NCBI GenBank assembly: GCA_964244895.1
Contig: CAXTKV010000178.1
Span: forward strand, 1 to 10,993
Direction of reading: 5' to 3'
Source of the DNA: an uncultured Deinococcales bacterium
GTDB taxonomy: Bacteria; Deinococcota; Deinococci; Deinococcales; JAAFIG01
Length of the DNA stretch: 10,993 bases
Made by a program: the position numbers and the translations under genes
Notes under the pieces: model-generated
What the model was told of the DNA's origin: nothing
What the model saw: only the letters and a program-made list of their open reading frames with translations
The model's database searches: none
In this document: positions 10,092 to 10,993 of the stretch, piece after piece
How the letters are laid out: each line of letters opens with the position of its first letter
Position numbering within the stretch: the stretch's first letter is position 1

Positions 10092-10110
10092 CACTTTTCC
10101 CTCTGACCTT

Positions 10111-10167
10111 CAGCCGTCCCACACGCTGTTTTCTCGAGGGTCGAATCTCGCGTGCTGGACGGTGTTC
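10111..10167. repeat. REP-like palindrome, copy F
   Basis: CAGCCGTCCCACACGC-N23-GCGTGCTGGACGGTGTTC. Confidence 0.7.
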
Positions 10168-10263
10168 GGTTTCTCGAGCTTCAGGGGTACGCCGTTTCGC
10201 GTGCCGCCATGTACGCCGTTCGAGTCACGCGCGCGGCAGCCGCAACCTCTAGAGTTCTCATTC

Positions 10264-10380
10264 GGAACGGCGGCAGACGAACGCAGCGGTCGGGGTTCAT
10301 TCGTGTTTGGCCGATACGACGCCCCGCTGGCGCACACAGGTTTCCTGGTGTCGCGTACCGCGAACGCGAGTCCATGTTCC
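10264..10380 (+). ncRNA. Candidate structured small RNA, Y-RNA-like
   Basis: The 5' end GGAACG..GAC-GAA-CGC can pair with the 3' end GCG-A-GTC..TGTTCC. Contains GACGAACG (GNCGAANG) and two internal hairpins. TAGAGT -10-like box at 10250-10255. Ends one base before the first tRNA. Confidence 0.4.
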
Positions 10381-10381
10381 A

Positions 10382-10455
10382 GGACGCGTAGCTCACTGGT
10401 AGAGCGCTCGAGATGGCTCGAGAGGACGACGGTTCGATTCCGTTCGCGCCCACCA
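10382..10455 (+). tRNA. Atypical tRNA or pseudo-tRNA, Ala(GGC)-like, with a non-canonical 6-nt anticodon loop
   Basis: Acceptor GGACGCG/CGCGCCC (A3-C70 mismatch), D arm GCTC-ACTGGTA-GAGC, anticodon arm CTCGA-GATGGC-TCGAG, T arm GACGG-TTCGATT-CCGTT, then A73 and CCA. Confidence 0.75.
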
Positions 10456-10540
10456 CAGGATTGGCGGATTGGTAACCGCTACTGACTTGAAATCAGTCGG
10501 GCGAAAGCCCATGCAGGTTCGATTCCTGCATCCTGACCCA
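10455..10540 (+). tRNA. tRNA-Ser(TGA), atypical acceptor end
   Basis: Acceptor (A)CAGGAT/ATCCTG(A), D arm GCGG-ATTGGTAA-CCGC, anticodon arm ACTGA-CTTGAAA-TCAGT (TGA at 10488-10490), long variable arm GGGC-GAAA-GCCC, T arm GCAGG-TTCGATT-CCTGC, then C73 and CCA. Confidence 0.85.
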
Positions 10541-10541
10541 C

Positions 10542-10614
10542 CTGGTTTTAGCTCAGAGGTTAGAGCAACCGACTTGTACTCGGTGAGTCCTGGGTTCAAC
10601 TCCCAGAAACCGCA
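10542..10614 (+). tRNA. tRNA-Thr(TGT), degenerate acceptor stem, no encoded CCA
   Basis: Acceptor CTGGTTT/AAACCGC (C1-C72 mismatch, U2-G71), D arm GCTC-AGAGGTTA-GAGC, anticodon arm ACCGA-CTTGTAC-TCGGT (TGT at 10575-10577), T arm CTGGG-TTCAACT-CCCAG, A73 then TCA. Confidence 0.8.
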
Positions 10615-10649
10615 TCAGCGTAAACACATACGTTGAAATCCTTGCACCA

Positions 10650-10905
10650 CGCGACGGTTGCCTCGAGCGCGAATCGTATCCGGATCGGGTTCGCCCGCGA
10701 AGGATTCGGCTCGCACCGCGCCCGAAGCCCGGACGTGACGTTCCGCCCCGCTCCTCGTCCTCGAGTCACGTTAGGCCTCTATCGCCCTCAACAGCGTGCG
10801 GCCCTGCGGCACATCCCGGATGTCGGCGGAAAGGCTCGGGTTCGCCCGAGTCCGGCGCAACCCACGGCCCACCTCGGGAACGGCAGTCTCGAGGCAACCA
10901 ACGCG
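10650..10905 (+). ncRNA. Candidate large structured ncRNA (unrecognised family)
   Basis: Closing stem GGTTGCCTCGAG (10656-10667)/CTCGAGGCAACC (10888-10899), extended by CGCG/CGCG. Two CGGG-TTCG-CCCG hairpins and several nested stems. No credible ORF. Confidence 0.5.
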
Positions 10906-10987
10906 CCCTTTTGCATCAATCGCGCCCGGCGTCGCTCTTGAGTTGCCCGTCCCAGTCGCAATCACCAACGCTGAATGAAGGAGAGCC

Positions 10988-10993
10988 ATGTTC
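10988..10993 (+). CDS. Start of a downstream CDS (truncated by the window)
   Basis: Strong SD AAGGAG (10978-10983) followed by ATG TTC. Confidence 0.5.

Noticed and set aside
2098..10167. Repeat family as a CRISPR array or classical integron attC sites
   Set aside because: Copies are kilobases apart and degenerate, with no cas or intI gene in the window and no RYYYAAC/GTTRRRY cores.
10200..10250. GTTCGAGTC T-loop-like motif suggesting a fourth tRNA
   Set aside because: No supporting T stem, D arm or acceptor stem could be built.
10455..10540. tRNA with TGA read as a selenocysteine or opal suppressor tRNA
   Set aside because: Anticodon TGA decodes UCA (Ser). A Sec or opal tRNA would need anticodon TCA, and the extended Sec acceptor stem is absent.
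10650..10905. Assignment to RNase P RNA, tmRNA, SRP or 6S
   Set aside because: Lacks the GAGGAAAGUCC/P4 signature, tRNA-Ala-like ends with a tag ORF, the SRP domain IV motif and a simple 6S rod shape.
10051..10989. Short ORFs across the RNA cluster (10051-10485, 10181-10456, 10393-10599, 10633-10941, 10771-10989)
   Set aside because: They overlap tRNAs, repeats and stems, lack an RBS, and have non-protein-like composition.

Overview
GC-rich bacterial chromosomal window, most consistent with Deinococcota (inferred from leaderless TANNNT-N6/7-start promoters, sufD near a Rieske ferredoxin, and very frequent CTCGAG). Gene order: partial CDS, AT-rich secreted-protein gene, sufD, membrane GGDEF diguanylate cyclase, dienelactone hydrolase (YghX-like), beta-helix lipoprotein, SanA/DUF218 protein, YCII-related protein (-), small lipoprotein, SDR (-), Rieske ferredoxin. 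A family of REP-like palindromes (GAACACCGTSCWGSACGC...GCGTSCWGSACGGTGTTC) occupies most intergenic spaces. The most unusual part is the last ~800 bp, a non-coding RNA cluster: a ~117-nt end-paired RNA candidate with a Y-RNA-like GNCGAANG motif, three abutting atypical tRNAs (Ala-like with a broken anticodon loop, Ser-UGA, Thr-UGU), and a ~260-nt multi-domain structured RNA candidate. An RBS and ATG follow at the window edge. All structures were folded by eye, with no database searches.
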